Source of the DNA: Desulfobacterales bacterium
GTDB lineage: Bacteria; Desulfobacterota; Desulfobacteria; Desulfobacterales; UBA5852
Direction of reading: 5' to 3'
NCBI GenBank assembly: GCA_963674755.2
Contig: CAXXVS010000003.1
Span: forward strand, 1,952,001 to 2,016,000
DNA: 64,000 nucleotides
Below the pieces are notes generated by a model. That model searched no databases, was not told where the DNA came from, and saw only the letters and a list, made by a program, of their open reading frames with translations. Shown here piece after piece: positions 20,508 through 30,300 of the stretch (positions within the stretch are counted from its first letter, which is position 1; every line of letters starts with the position of its first letter). Both the position numbers and the translations under genes were made by a program.

Positions 20508-22295
20508 ATGGGCAGCTTCAAAGTCAACCAAAAGGATCTCTTTTTCATTCTCAAGGATCAGCTCAACTACGGCAGCTTATGTGAGCTGCCGCGCTACCGG
20601 GATTTAAATGAAAAAACCCTGGATCTGCTGGTCACCGAGGCCATCAGTTTTGCCAAAGGCGTGGTGGACCCGCTCAACGCGGTGGGCGAAACGCAGCCGG
20701 TTCGCTTCGAAAACGGCCAGGTGGTCTGCCCACCCGGTTTCCGGGAAGCTTTCCGGCAGTACGGACAGGACGGCTGGACGGCCGCCGTCCGAGATGCCAC
20801 CTATGGCGGGCAGGGGTTCCCCCACATGATGCGCATCATCGTGAACGACCTGATGTACGGCGCCTGCCAGTCCTTCAACATGGCCCCCAGCCTGACCCAC
20901 GGGGCCGCCCATCTGATCGAGAGCTTCGCCACGGAAGAATTGAAGACGCGCTTCGTGCCCAGGATGTACGATGGGACCTGGTCCGGCACCATGTGCCTGA
21001 CCGAACCCAACGCCGGATCCAACCTGGCCACCCTGGAAACTACAGCCTTCCGCGAGGGGGATCATTTTAAAATCAAAGGCAGCAAGATCTTCATCTCCTG
21101 GGGCGATCACGACATCGCCGAGAATATCGTCCATCTGGTGCTGGCGCGGATCGACGGGGCGCCGGAAGGGGTGCGGGGCATATCGCTGTTCATCGTGCCG
21201 AAGTTCCGGGTCAACCCGGACGGCCGTGTGGGGGCCTTCAACGACGTGGTATGCACCGGGATCGAAGAAAAGCTGGGCCTGCACGCCTCCCCCACGGCAG
21301 CCCTGACCTTCGGCGGCCAGGACGACTGCCTCGGCCATCTCTGCGGCCAGGAAAATCAGGGCCTGGCCCACATGTTCCAGATGATGAATTCGGCCCGCAT
21401 CAACACCGGGGTGAGCGGCATGGCCATGGCCAGCACGGCCTATCTCAATGCCCTGGCCTACACCAGGGAGCGCCGGCAGGGGCGGGACCTGAGCGGCCAA
21501 TCGGCAGGTGAGGTGCCCATCATCGCGCATCCGGACGTACGCCGCATGCTGCTGTGGATGAAGGCCATGGTGGACGGAATGCGCTCTATGATCTACGCCG
21601 GAGCCCTCTGGGCCGAGCTGGCCGGCGAACTGCCCGACGAGGAGCGGCGTATCCATTACGCCGACCTGGTGGACTTCATGACCCCCATTATCAAGGCCTA
21701 TTGCGCGGACATGGGCTTCCGGGTCTGCGAGACAGCCGTCCAATGCCTGGGGGGCTACGGCTACTGCAAGGACTATCCCCTGGAGCAATACCTGCGCGAT
21801 GCCAAGATCATGTCCCTCTACGAGGGCACCAACGGCATTCAATCCATGGACTTGATGGGCCGCAAGATGACCATCAAGAAGGGGGCCTGTTTTGCGGCCT
21901 ATCGCCGGGAGATCGAGGCGTTCTGTGAGCACCACCGCCTCGATGAAGACCTCGGCGACCGGGTGCGGGCCCTGGCCGGTGTGGTGGAGCGGCTGGGGGA
22001 AGCCGCAGCCGAGATGACCGCGCGCAAAGAGGCCGATCCGCTCCTGTGGGCCGCCAGCACCTATCCCGCCCTGATGGCCTTCGGGGACGTGACCATGGCC
22101 TGGCGCCTGCTGGATCTGGCCATCATCGCACGACCCCTTGCGGACAAGAAGGGGGCCAAATACGATTTCCATCGGGGCAAAGTCTACCAGGCCAAATACT
22201 TCGTGGACATTACCTTGCCCCATACCCTGGCCACCATCGATACCTGCCTGCGGCCGGGCCGCGAAGTGGTGGAGATACCGGTCAACGCTTTATAG
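20508..22295 (+). CDS. Acyl-CoA dehydrogenase (about 600-aa class)
   Basis: GTMCLTEP.AGS, KIFIS.GDHD, GGYGY, LYEGTNGIQ. Confidence 0.93.
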   Translation: MGSFKVNQKDLFFILKDQLNYGSLCELPRYRDLNEKTLDLLVTEAISFAKGVVDPLNAVGETQPVRFENGQVVCPPGFREAFRQYGQDGWTAAVRDATYGGQGFPHMMRIIVNDLMYGACQSFNMAPSLTHGAAHLIESFATEELKTRFVPRMYDGTWSGTMCLTEPNAGSNLATLETTAFREGDHFKIKGSKIFISWGDHDIAENIVHLVLARIDGAPEGVRGISLFIVPKFRVNPDGRVGAFNDVVCTGIEEKLGLHASPTAALTFGGQDDCLGHLCGQENQGLAHMFQMMNSARINTGVSGMAMASTAYLNALAYTRERRQGRDLSGQSAGEVPIIAHPDVRRMLLWMKAMVDGMRSMIYAGALWAELAGELPDEERRIHYADLVDFMTPIIKAYCADMGFRVCETAVQCLGGYGYCKDYPLEQYLRDAKIMSLYEGTNGIQSMDLMGRKMTIKKGACFAAYRREIEAFCEHHRLDEDLGDRVRALAGVVERLGEAAAEMTARKEADPLLWAASTYPALMAFGDVTMAWRLLDLAIIARPLADKKGAKYDFHRGKVYQAKYFVDITLPHTLATIDTCLRPGREVVEIPVNAL

Positions 22296-22320
22296 TTTTA
22301 ATAAGAGGAGAAAAACGCCG

Positions 22321-23562
22321 ATGCAGGACGTCGTCATCGTAGAGGCCGTGCGCACCGCCGTAGGCCGGTATCTGGGTGCCCTGAAAGAGGTGGAAGCCTA
22401 CGACCTGGCCGCCCAGGTGCTCAATGCCGTGGTGACGCGCAGCGGGGTCGCACCGGAACAGGTGGATCAGGTCATGATGGGCCAGTCCTACCAGAACGGC
22501 GAATACGTCAACATGGCCCGCATGGGCTTGCTGACCGCCGGTTGGCCGGAAGCCGTGCCCGGCACCACCGTGGACAGCCGCTGCTGCACCGGTCTGGATG
22601 TGGTGCGCCTGGCCGCCGCCCAGATTGCCGCGGGCCAGGTGGATATCGTGGTGGCCGGCGGGGTGGAAAGCATGAGCAATGCCGAATTCTATTTGCCCGG
22701 TCGGGTGAAGTGGGGCGTCGGCGGCCCCGGCATGCCCCGCGGCCACGGGGATCCCTCCATCTGGGGGCTTTCCCTCTACGACCGTATTCAGCGGGCGCGG
22801 GTCATGTCTCAGCCGGAAGGACGCTACGGTGTTTTACCCTCCATGATGACCTGGGCCGAGACCGCCGCCAGAGAAGAGCAGATCAGCCGGGAGGCCTGCG
22901 ATGCCTGGGCCTTAGGGAGCCACCAGAAGGCCTGTGCCGCGTGGGAAGCGGGTGTCTTCGCGGATGAAATCGTTCCCATCAGTGTGCCCCGTCCCAAACA
23001 GGAGCCGCTGGTATTCGAGCGCGATGAAAATCCCCGGACCGACACGACCCTGGAAAAACTTGCCCGGCTGCGGCCTGTGTTGGGAGGGGTCTGCACGGCC
23101 GGCAACAGCAGTTCCGAAAACGACGGGGCCGCTGCAGTGTTGATGATGTCGGCGGCCCGGGCGGCCAGGCTGGGACTGACCCCCCTGGCCACGGTGCGAT
23201 CCTGCGTGCTGGCGGGCGACGATCCCCGGCGGGCTTATCAAACGGTGCCGGTGGCCGTGGCCAAGGCTCTGGACCGGGCCGGGCTCGCGCTTTCCGCCAT
23301 GGACTTGATCGAAATCCAGGAAGCCTTCGCCGCCCAGGTGCTGGCCGATTTGAAGCAGATGGGGGTGGGCCCCGATGATTATGAGCGGGTCAATGTGAAT
23401 GGATCGGGCATCTCCCTGGGGCATCCCATCGCCTGCACTGGCACCCGCGTGCTGGTGACCCTGCTGCACGAGATGAAACGCCGCCAGAGCCGTTTCGGGC
23501 TGGAGTGCATCTGCGGCGGCGGAGGGCTGGGCATCGCCGCCGTATTCGAGCGTGTGGCCTGA
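22321..23562 (+). CDS. Thiolase
   Basis: DSRCCTG, EAFAAQ, GHPIACTG, CICGGGG. Confidence 0.93.
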   Translation: MQDVVIVEAVRTAVGRYLGALKEVEAYDLAAQVLNAVVTRSGVAPEQVDQVMMGQSYQNGEYVNMARMGLLTAGWPEAVPGTTVDSRCCTGLDVVRLAAAQIAAGQVDIVVAGGVESMSNAEFYLPGRVKWGVGGPGMPRGHGDPSIWGLSLYDRIQRARVMSQPEGRYGVLPSMMTWAETAAREEQISREACDAWALGSHQKACAAWEAGVFADEIVPISVPRPKQEPLVFERDENPRTDTTLEKLARLRPVLGGVCTAGNSSSENDGAAAVLMMSAARAARLGLTPLATVRSCVLAGDDPRRAYQTVPVAVAKALDRAGLALSAMDLIEIQEAFAAQVLADLKQMGVGPDDYERVNVNGSGISLGHPIACTGTRVLVTLLHEMKRRQSRFGLECICGGGGLGIAAVFERVA

Positions 23563-23615
23563 CCCCCCTTAGGCCGCGTTTTCGTCAAACAGGGCATGAA
23601 TCGGGGAAAGTTAAC

Positions 23616-24425
23616 ATGGGTGAGGCCCAAATTATGACCACCGCCACTGATGCCGTACCGATTCGGATTACGGTCCGTGACATGATCATGGACATCGTCT
23701 TCAATCGACCGGCCAAGAAAAACGCTTTGAGCGATGAGATGTACCTGGCCTTGATCGCCGGCCTCAGGCAGGCCCAGGCGGACGATGAGATCCGTGTCGT
23801 TCTGCTGCGCGCCGAGGGAGACTGTTTCTGTGCCGGCAATGACTTGCATGCCTTCCGCAACCGAGAACCCGGTGAAGACCCCAGTCCGGGACGCCTGTTC
23901 CTCGAGACCCTGGCGGCCCTGGAAAAGCCGGTCGTGGCCGCGGTCAACGGACCGGCCGTGGGCATCGGCACGACGATGCTGTTGCACTGCGACCTCGTCT
24001 ACGCCGGGATGGGGGCTACCTTCAAGACGCCCTTCGTGAATCTGGGGCTCTGCCCCGAGGGCGCCTCCAGCTTCCTGCTGCCGCAGATCGTCGGTCACCC
24101 CCGGGCCGCGGAGATGCTGCTCCTGGGGGAACCCATCTCAGCCCATATGGCCTGGGAATTCGGTCTCATCAACAATGTCTTCCGGGACGACGATCTCGTG
24201 ACGGAAGTGTTCGCCCAGGCCCGCAAGCTGGCCCAGCAGCCGCCGGATTCCGTGCGGCTGACCAAGCGCCTGCTCAAGGCCGCGCGTATGAAAACCGTTA
24301 AGGAAACGATCGCCACGGAAAGTCGTCATTTTGCCGAGATGCTGGGTTCTCCGGAATTCGCCGACGCGTTTGGGGCGTTTTTCAACCGGGAGCCGTCAGT
24401 TTCACCTTCACAGTCGCGTTTGTAA
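23616..24425 (+). CDS. Enoyl-CoA hydratase/isomerase family protein
   Basis: NRPAKKNAL, FCAGND, NGPAVGIG, LGLCPE; start 23616 or 23634. Confidence 0.9.
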   Translation: MGEAQIMTTATDAVPIRITVRDMIMDIVFNRPAKKNALSDEMYLALIAGLRQAQADDEIRVVLLRAEGDCFCAGNDLHAFRNREPGEDPSPGRLFLETLAALEKPVVAAVNGPAVGIGTTMLLHCDLVYAGMGATFKTPFVNLGLCPEGASSFLLPQIVGHPRAAEMLLLGEPISAHMAWEFGLINNVFRDDDLVTEVFAQARKLAQQPPDSVRLTKRLLKAARMKTVKETIATESRHFAEMLGSPEFADAFGAFFNREPSVSPSQSRL

Positions 24426-24441
24426 CAAGGAGAGACGCTCG

Positions 24442-25605
24442 ATGGATTTCAACCTGTCCAAGGAACATGCAATGCTGCGCAAAGCGGTGCGGGAGTTCGC
24501 CGCCAAGAAGATCGCGCCCTATGCCGACGAGTGGGACGCCAATCATTACCTGCCGGTGAAAGAGGTCCTTCGCCCCATGGGTGAACTGGGGTTTTTGGGG
24601 GCGGTGATCCCCGAAGCCTACGGCGGAGAAGACATGGGATGGCTGGCAGCCGTCATTGTTACCGAAGAAATCGCCCGGGCCTCCAGCTCCATGCGGGTTC
24701 AGCTCAACCTCAGCGGCATCGGCTGTGCCTATCCGATTTATAAATACGGCACCGAAGCCGCCAAGCAAAAATATGTGGCCAAGCTCTGCACGGGGGAATA
24801 CCTGGGTGGGTTTGCGATCACCGAGCCTAATGCCGGTTCGGATGTCTTCGGTATGGAAACCGTCGCCGAAGACCGCGGCGACCATTACGCCATCAGCGGC
24901 TCCAAGACCTGGATTTCCAACGCCCACCAGGCCGACGTGATCGTGCTCTACTGCTACACCGACCGCGGCGCACGCACCAAAGGTCTGTCGGCCTTCGCGA
25001 TGGAATTGAAAAATACCAACGGCGTCAAGACCACCGACCTTGACAAGATGGGTTCCCATTCGTCGCCCACCGGCGAGATCTTTTTTGACCAGGCGCGGGT
25101 GCCCAAGGAAAACCTGCTGGGCCAGCCGGGCGACGGGGCGGCCATCGTATTCGCTTCCCTGAACAATACCCGCATCTCCGCCGCGGCCGGGGCGTTGGGC
25201 TGTGCCCAGGCCTGCCTGGACATTGCCACCAGGTACTGCAACGAACGCCGCCAGTTCGGCAAGCCCATCGGACAGTTCCAGATGAACCAGGACCTGATTG
25301 CCCAGATGGCCACCGAAGTGGAAGCCGCCCGCCTGCTGGTCTACAAAGGCGCCTGGCAGAAAGATCAGGGCCAGGAAAACAACGGCCTGGAAGTGGCCCA
25401 GGCCAAGTACTTCGCCGGCGAGACGGCCGTCAAGTGCGCCAACTACGCCATGCGGATCCTGGGCGCCTACGGGTATTCAACGGAATATCCGGTGGCACGC
25501 TATTACCGGGATGTGCCCACCTACACCATGGTGGAAGGCTCGGCCAACATCTGCAAACTGATTATTGCCGGCGACCAGTTGGGCTTCCGAAAGGCCAACC
25601 GCTAA
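24442..25605 (+). CDS. acd: Glutaryl-CoA dehydrogenase, non-decarboxylating type
   Basis: MDFNLSKE..., EEIAR.SS.MRVQLN, YSTEYPVAR.YRD.PTY.MVEGSANICK, DQLG.RKANR closely resemble the Desulfococcus multivorans enzyme as recalled. Confidence 0.85.
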   Translation: MDFNLSKEHAMLRKAVREFAAKKIAPYADEWDANHYLPVKEVLRPMGELGFLGAVIPEAYGGEDMGWLAAVIVTEEIARASSSMRVQLNLSGIGCAYPIYKYGTEAAKQKYVAKLCTGEYLGGFAITEPNAGSDVFGMETVAEDRGDHYAISGSKTWISNAHQADVIVLYCYTDRGARTKGLSAFAMELKNTNGVKTTDLDKMGSHSSPTGEIFFDQARVPKENLLGQPGDGAAIVFASLNNTRISAAAGALGCAQACLDIATRYCNERRQFGKPIGQFQMNQDLIAQMATEVEAARLLVYKGAWQKDQGQENNGLEVAQAKYFAGETAVKCANYAMRILGAYGYSTEYPVARYYRDVPTYTMVEGSANICKLIIAGDQLGFRKANR

Positions 25606-25608
25606 CCT

Positions 25609-25751
25609 GTGTCCGTGCGGAGGCGGCATCTTTTGGCCCCGGCCGGCGTTCTCGCGATCGGGAAATCCTCGCCGTAGCTCAGCTACGCCTCCGGTTTCCC
25701 AATTACTGCGGCCTTGGACGGAACCAAAACCTACCACCTCCGGAAGGGCAC
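25609..25751 (+). repeat. ERIC-like repeat R1, copy B
   Basis: GGCATCTTTT..GGCGTTCTC..TCCTCGCCGTAGC..GCTACGCCTCCGG..TGCGGCCTTG..AAAACCTACC; 3 bp after the acd stop. Confidence 0.88.
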
Positions 25752-25764
25752 TCATATTGTAGCC

Positions 25765-25995
25765 ATCGGGAGATCACATCTTTCGGCCTCTGGCCCGCCG
25801 CCGGTGGACCAAATCCACCTTTGGCGGACGAGCTGGCGTACTCGCCTCCTGTCGGTCCTCGGCGCAGCCGGGCTGCGCCTCGGGGCACCCGTCGTCGTCG
25901 GTTTGGTGAACACCGATGTGCCCCAAGATCAGGCCTGAAATCCTGCGCTGTGCGCGGGACCAGGAGCCGAAATCGACCGTTTGCGGACGGACACT
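25765..25995 (+). repeat. Degenerate R1 copy D with nested short hairpins
   Basis: CATCTTTCGGC / GCCGAAATCGACC arms; TCCTCGGCGCAGC..GCTGCGCCTC core; inserts ATCCACCTTTGGCGGAC and ATCCTGCGCTGTGCGCGGGAC. Confidence 0.7.
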
Positions 25996-26046
25996 TAACG
26001 TGGCAAAGGGGAGGTCCCCCAGCCTTCAATAGCCTTCCGAATTTTT

Positions 26047-27117
26047 TTATAAATCGGATTTGGCGATGACTTCGGCCGCGGCGTGTTCCAGGACGGGCAC
26101 GGCCAGGCCGAAGTGCTTGAAGCGCTCGTTGGTGGTCTGGCCGTGGTAGTAGCGGTAGTAGATCTGCTGCACGATGACGGCCAGGCGGAAGAGGCCGAAG
26201 CAGTAGTAGAAGTCGAATCCGTCCATGCGCAGACCGGAGAGGCGGCCGTAGGTGTCCACGAATTCCCGGCGGGTCAGGGCCCCTTCCAGGTGGGTGGGCA
26301 TGGCGCGCAGGATCTGGCGCTCGGGCGGGTCGTCTTTGTTCACCCAGTAGCCCAGGGTGCTGCCCAGGTCCATCAGGGGATCGCCCAGGGTGCACATCTC
26401 CCAGTCCAGCACGCCGATGATTTTAAAAGGGTCGGCGGGATCCAGGACGATGTTGTCCAGCTTGAAGTCGTTGTGGATGATGGCCGCCCGTTCCGTTTCC
26501 GGGGGCATTTTCTCCGCGAGCCAGGCCATCACCGCCTCGAAATCGGGCACATCCGGGGTGCGTGCCGCCCGGTAGCGTTTGCTCCAGCCGGTTACCTGCC
26601 GCGCGACATAGCCCTGGGGCTTGCCCAGGTGGGCCAAGCCCACTTCATGGTAATCCAGGGCGTGCAGTTCGTGGAGGACTTCCACGAAGCGTTCGAACAG
26701 GGCGTGCAATTGGGAAGGTGACGTAAACAGGCCAGGGGGCAGGTCCTGGCGCAGAATGATGCCCTCGATGCGTTTCATGACGTAGAACGGGCATCCCATG
26801 ACGGCTTCGTCTTCGCAATAGACCAGGGGCCGGGGTACGTAGGGCAGGTGCTCGCACAGGGCCGAGAGCACCTTGACCTCGCGGCCCATGTCGTGGGCCG
26901 TGGCCGCCTTGGTGCCGAAGGGCGGACGCCGCAGGATCAACTGCCGCGGGCCGCAGGTCACCAGATAGGTCAGGTTGGAGGCGCCGCTGGGAAACTGCGC
27001 CAGCGTGACGTCGCCTTCCAAACCCGGGATGCTGTCTTTCAAATAGGCTGCCACCCGGCTCAAGTCCAGTTGATCACCGTTGCGAACGGCGCCGGGACGA
27101 TCGATATGGTCACTCAT
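26047..27117 (-). CDS. APH-family phosphotransferase (LvaA / ACAD10-11 kinase-like)
   Basis: G.SNLTY, LRRPP, AHDM.RE, HNDFKLDN, LDWEMCTLGDPLMDL. Confidence 0.9.
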   Translation of the reverse strand: MSDHIDRPGAVRNGDQLDLSRVAAYLKDSIPGLEGDVTLAQFPSGASNLTYLVTCGPRQLILRRPPFGTKAATAHDMGREVKVLSALCEHLPYVPRPLVYCEDEAVMGCPFYVMKRIEGIILRQDLPPGLFTSPSQLHALFERFVEVLHELHALDYHEVGLAHLGKPQGYVARQVTGWSKRYRAARTPDVPDFEAVMAWLAEKMPPETERAAIIHNDFKLDNIVLDPADPFKIIGVLDWEMCTLGDPLMDLGSTLGYWVNKDDPPERQILRAMPTHLEGALTRREFVDTYGRLSGLRMDGFDFYYCFGLFRLAVIVQQIYYRYYHGQTTNERFKHFGLAVPVLEHAAAEVIAKSDL

Positions 27118-27836
27118 GATTTCCCTCCCTGCCGTGACGGGTCGTCGTTCAGGCCTAGATTTTTTTCGAGAAACGCTGTCAGATAGCGGGCGTACTGATC
27201 AACACCGACGCCGCGCCGGGTGTATTTGGCGCGCTTCAGGTACCAGTCCTGGAGCATGGCCTTGATCAGGCTGGCCGTCATGCGGCAGTCCGTGGTTTGA
27301 AACAGGCCCTGGGCGCAGCCGGCTTCCAGGATATCGGTGAATTGCTGCTCGGTGCTCAGCTCGCTTTCCACCGCGGCGCGGCGCTCATCCGGATCGAGGT
27401 TTTTGGCTTCCATGTAGGAGAAGTAAAACCAGGGCTGCATGATTTCGCTCAGATAAAGATGGGTGCGGATGGCGATGCGCAGCTTCTCAAGCGGGTCCCT
27501 GCCGGCCGCGATGTCGGCCGACAGAATTTCGCGCGTGACCGTGCGGCGCTGTTGCTGCATCAACCGCAGCAGGGCCTCCTTGCCCGCGAAATAGTTGTAG
27601 AGTGCGCCGGTGCTCATATCGGCTTCCCGGCTCAGGTCCCGCATGCTCATGGCATGGAAGCTTTTCGCGTTGCTGATTTTGAGGGCCGCCGCGAAAATGC
27701 GTTCCATGTTTTTGGCAATGGTCTTCTCCTTCTTGATCTGGATCGACTGGCGATTTGCGTTGTAGAGCTTGAGGCAGCACTGCTGCTTTAACGCTTCGAC
27801 CCTCTGGAGAAACGGTTGAAATCCTTCCGGCGGCAT
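27114..27836 (-). CDS. TetR/AcrR family regulator
   Basis: IF.AAL......FH..SMRDL..EA.MS.GALYNYF.GKE HTH. Confidence 0.9.
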   Translation of the reverse strand: MPPEGFQPFLQRVEALKQQCCLKLYNANRQSIQIKKEKTIAKNMERIFAAALKISNAKSFHAMSMRDLSREADMSTGALYNYFAGKEALLRLMQQQRRTVTREILSADIAAGRDPLEKLRIAIRTHLYLSEIMQPWFYFSYMEAKNLDPDERRAAVESELSTEQQFTDILEAGCAQGLFQTTDCRMTASLIKAMLQDWYLKRAKYTRRGVGVDQYARYLTAFLEKNLGLNDDPSRQGGKS

Positions 27837-27839
27837 GGC

Positions 27840-29045
27840 TTACAGCACTTTCTTATTGTCATAGCCTTTCAGGATCTGCCGGGCCACGGAAACCTTGTGC
27901 ACTTCGTCGGCCCCGTCATAGATGCGGGCCGCCCGTTCGTGGCGGTAGAAGAAGGCGATGATGGTATCGTCCGTCATGCCCAGACCGCCGTGCACCTGGA
28001 GGGCCCGGTCGATTACCTGCTGCATGGTGTTGGCCACGACGAATTTGATCAGGGAAACTTCCTTGCGGGCGGCTTTGGCGCCCAACTGGTCGATTTTCCA
28101 GGCGGCATGCAGCACCATCAGACGGGCCGCTTGAATGGCGGCCGCGCTTTCCGCGATCCAGGCCTGGATGATCTGTTTACTGGCCAGGGTACGGTCCGGA
28201 CCGATGATGCGGTCCCGCGCCCGGGCGCACATCAAATCGAAGGCCCGGTTGCAGATCCCGATCCAGCGCATGCAGTGGTGGATGCGGCCGGGTCCCAGGC
28301 GTTCCTGGGCGATGACGAAGGCGTGGCCTTCCGGCCCCAGCAGATTGCTCTGGGGCACCCGGCAGTTCTGGTAGAGAATTTCGGCATGGGAGAAATACCC
28401 CTCGCCGGCATGTCCCATCACCGGGATGTTGCGCACCAGGTTGTAGCCGGGGGTGTCGCTGGGTACGATGATCATGCTGGCCCGCATGTAGGGGGGGGCC
28501 TCCGGATTGGTCACGGCCATCACGATGGCGAAGGCCGCCCCGTCGGCGGACGATGTATACCACTTGTGGCCGTTGATGACATAGTCGTCGCCGTCTTTGA
28601 CAGCGGTAGTGTCCAGCATGACCGGATTGGAGCCGGGCATGTCCACTTCGGTCATGGAAAAGCAGCTGCGGATGTCCCCCGCCACCAGGGGATTCAGCCA
28701 CTTTGCGGTCTGTTCGGGGGACGCATACTTGTGCAGGATTTCGATGTTGCCGGCATCCGGTGCCATGCAGCCGAAGGCATACAACCCGAGGGGGGTTCGT
28801 CCCAGGGCTTCGAAAATCAGGGCGCTTTCCAAGAGACTCAGGCCCATGCCGCCGTGTTCGACCGGGTGCAGGGGAGCCCACAGCTCCATCTGCTTGACCA
28901 TGGCGCGCTTTTCTTCCAGGGCCGGCAGGACCTTGTCCAGTTTGTCGGCCAGAAAGTCCTTTTCCAGGGGGATCAATTCATTGTCTACGAATTCATCGAT
29001 CATGCCCAGGATGGTCTGCATTTTTTCCGAGATGGTGAAGTCCAT
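27840..29045 (-). CDS. Acyl-CoA dehydrogenase, ACAD10/11 / LvaC-like
   Basis: APDAGN.EIL, CFSMTE, QERLGPGRIHHCMR, RIYDGADEVH. Confidence 0.9.
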   Translation of the reverse strand: MDFTISEKMQTILGMIDEFVDNELIPLEKDFLADKLDKVLPALEEKRAMVKQMELWAPLHPVEHGGMGLSLLESALIFEALGRTPLGLYAFGCMAPDAGNIEILHKYASPEQTAKWLNPLVAGDIRSCFSMTEVDMPGSNPVMLDTTAVKDGDDYVINGHKWYTSSADGAAFAIVMAVTNPEAPPYMRASMIIVPSDTPGYNLVRNIPVMGHAGEGYFSHAEILYQNCRVPQSNLLGPEGHAFVIAQERLGPGRIHHCMRWIGICNRAFDLMCARARDRIIGPDRTLASKQIIQAWIAESAAAIQAARLMVLHAAWKIDQLGAKAARKEVSLIKFVVANTMQQVIDRALQVHGGLGMTDDTIIAFFYRHERAARIYDGADEVHKVSVARQILKGYDNKKVL

Positions 29046-29083
29046 GGGATCTCCTTAACGTGTTCGTTTTGATAATGGAAGTT

Positions 29084-29134
29084 TTAATCCGCCAACGCCA
29101 GCCAAGGGGTTAATTCCCCGCCGCTTGCGGGGTT
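29084..29134. repeat. Short palindromic repeat R4 (REP/PATE-like)
   Basis: TTAATCCGCCAA...GGGTTAATTCCCCGCCGCTTGCGG resembles the reverse complement of 54811-54862. Confidence 0.65.
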
Positions 29135-29341
29135 GCATGGCCGTTATCAATACCCAGCTGCTTTGCGGCTGGACGTTCATTTTTTTCCCGGTTGTCCGGC
29201 ATGCGCAAGTTGTTTTCAATACAAAAGCAACACCCACGAAGATCACGAAGGGATCCATCTTTTTTCGAACCGTATTTCTTCGCGGTAAATTCTCGTTGAC
29301 GGGTGCTTTCCGGAGAACCGGTTTGTTTGCCCATGCCATTT

Positions 29342-29427
29342 GCTTTAGCGGGGGTTGCGATCCGTGTCAATAAAAAACGAACACTCGTTAGTTTTTTATT
29401 GACACAGACAAGGCTTGTCTCTAATAA
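29342..29427. promoter_or_regulatory. Back-to-back divergent sigma70 promoters in a 15-bp perfect inverted repeat, probable TetR operator
   Basis: GTGTCAATAAAAAAC-N12-GTTTTTTATTGACAC; plus strand TTGACA-17-TAATAA; minus strand TTGACA-17-TAAAGC. Confidence 0.75.
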
Positions 29428-29518
29428 AAGGGACCACGGGCCGGCACCTAGCTGACAAGCGGGAACGCCGGTGAAATCGTCGTCCGGCTGAATAGGTCAG
29501 CCTTCACAGGTCATCGAA

Positions 29519-30298
29519 ATGAACCTTCTCGTTTGCGTCAAACAAGTCCCTGATCTGGAGCAAATGGCCGTCCATTGCGGTTCGGATGGCGTGCCCGTAA
29601 TCGGTGAACCGAGCGAGTTCCGCATGAACCGCTTTGACGAATTTGCCGTGGAAGCGGCGGTGCAATTGAAGGAGACGCTGGCGGAGGTCCACATCGACGC
29701 CTTGAGCGTCGGTCCGGAGGCGGCCCTGGCAGTGATCAAACGCGCCATCGGCATGGGGGCCGACCAGGGGGGGCTGCTGGATACCGGCGACCGGGCCGAT
29801 CCCGGCCCCTACGAGGTGGCCCGCCGCATTGCCCGCTATGCGGCCCCCAAGCGCTACGACCTCATTTTAACCGGCAGCTGGTCGGAAGACGGCATGAACG
29901 GCCAGGTGGGCCCCATGACAGCGGCGCTGCTGGAGCTGCCCTGTGCCACCCAGGTGATGGCCCTGCAACTGGCCGACGACCGGCGCAGCGTGGCAGTGGA
30001 GCGGGAGGTGGAGGGGGGGGCCCGGGAACAGCTGCAATTGCGGCTGCCAGCCCTCCTGGCAGTTCAATCCGGCATCAACCGGCCCCGCTATCCTTCCCTG
30101 TCCAATCTGTTGCGGGCCAACCGGCAGCCGGTGGAGATCATTCCCGGGGATGCCGGGGAGAAGACCATCGATCCGGTGGTCGGCCTGGGCTTGATGCAAC
30201 CGCCGCGCCACCGGTCCGGACGGGTGCTGGAAGGCAGCCTGGAAGAAAAAGCCGCCGCTTTTTTAGCCCTTTTAAAAGAAAAGGCCTTCATACACTAG
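29519..30298 (+). CDS. etfB: Electron transfer flavoprotein beta subunit
   Basis: VCVKQVPD, MN.FDE.AVE.A, GQVGP, RE.EGG, PRYPS. Confidence 0.92.
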   Translation: MNLLVCVKQVPDLEQMAVHCGSDGVPVIGEPSEFRMNRFDEFAVEAAVQLKETLAEVHIDALSVGPEAALAVIKRAIGMGADQGGLLDTGDRADPGPYEVARRIARYAAPKRYDLILTGSWSEDGMNGQVGPMTAALLELPCATQVMALQLADDRRSVAVEREVEGGAREQLQLRLPALLAVQSGINRPRYPSLSNLLRANRQPVEIIPGDAGEKTIDPVVGLGLMQPPRHRSGRVLEGSLEEKAAAFLALLKEKAFIH

Positions 30299-30300
30299 CC

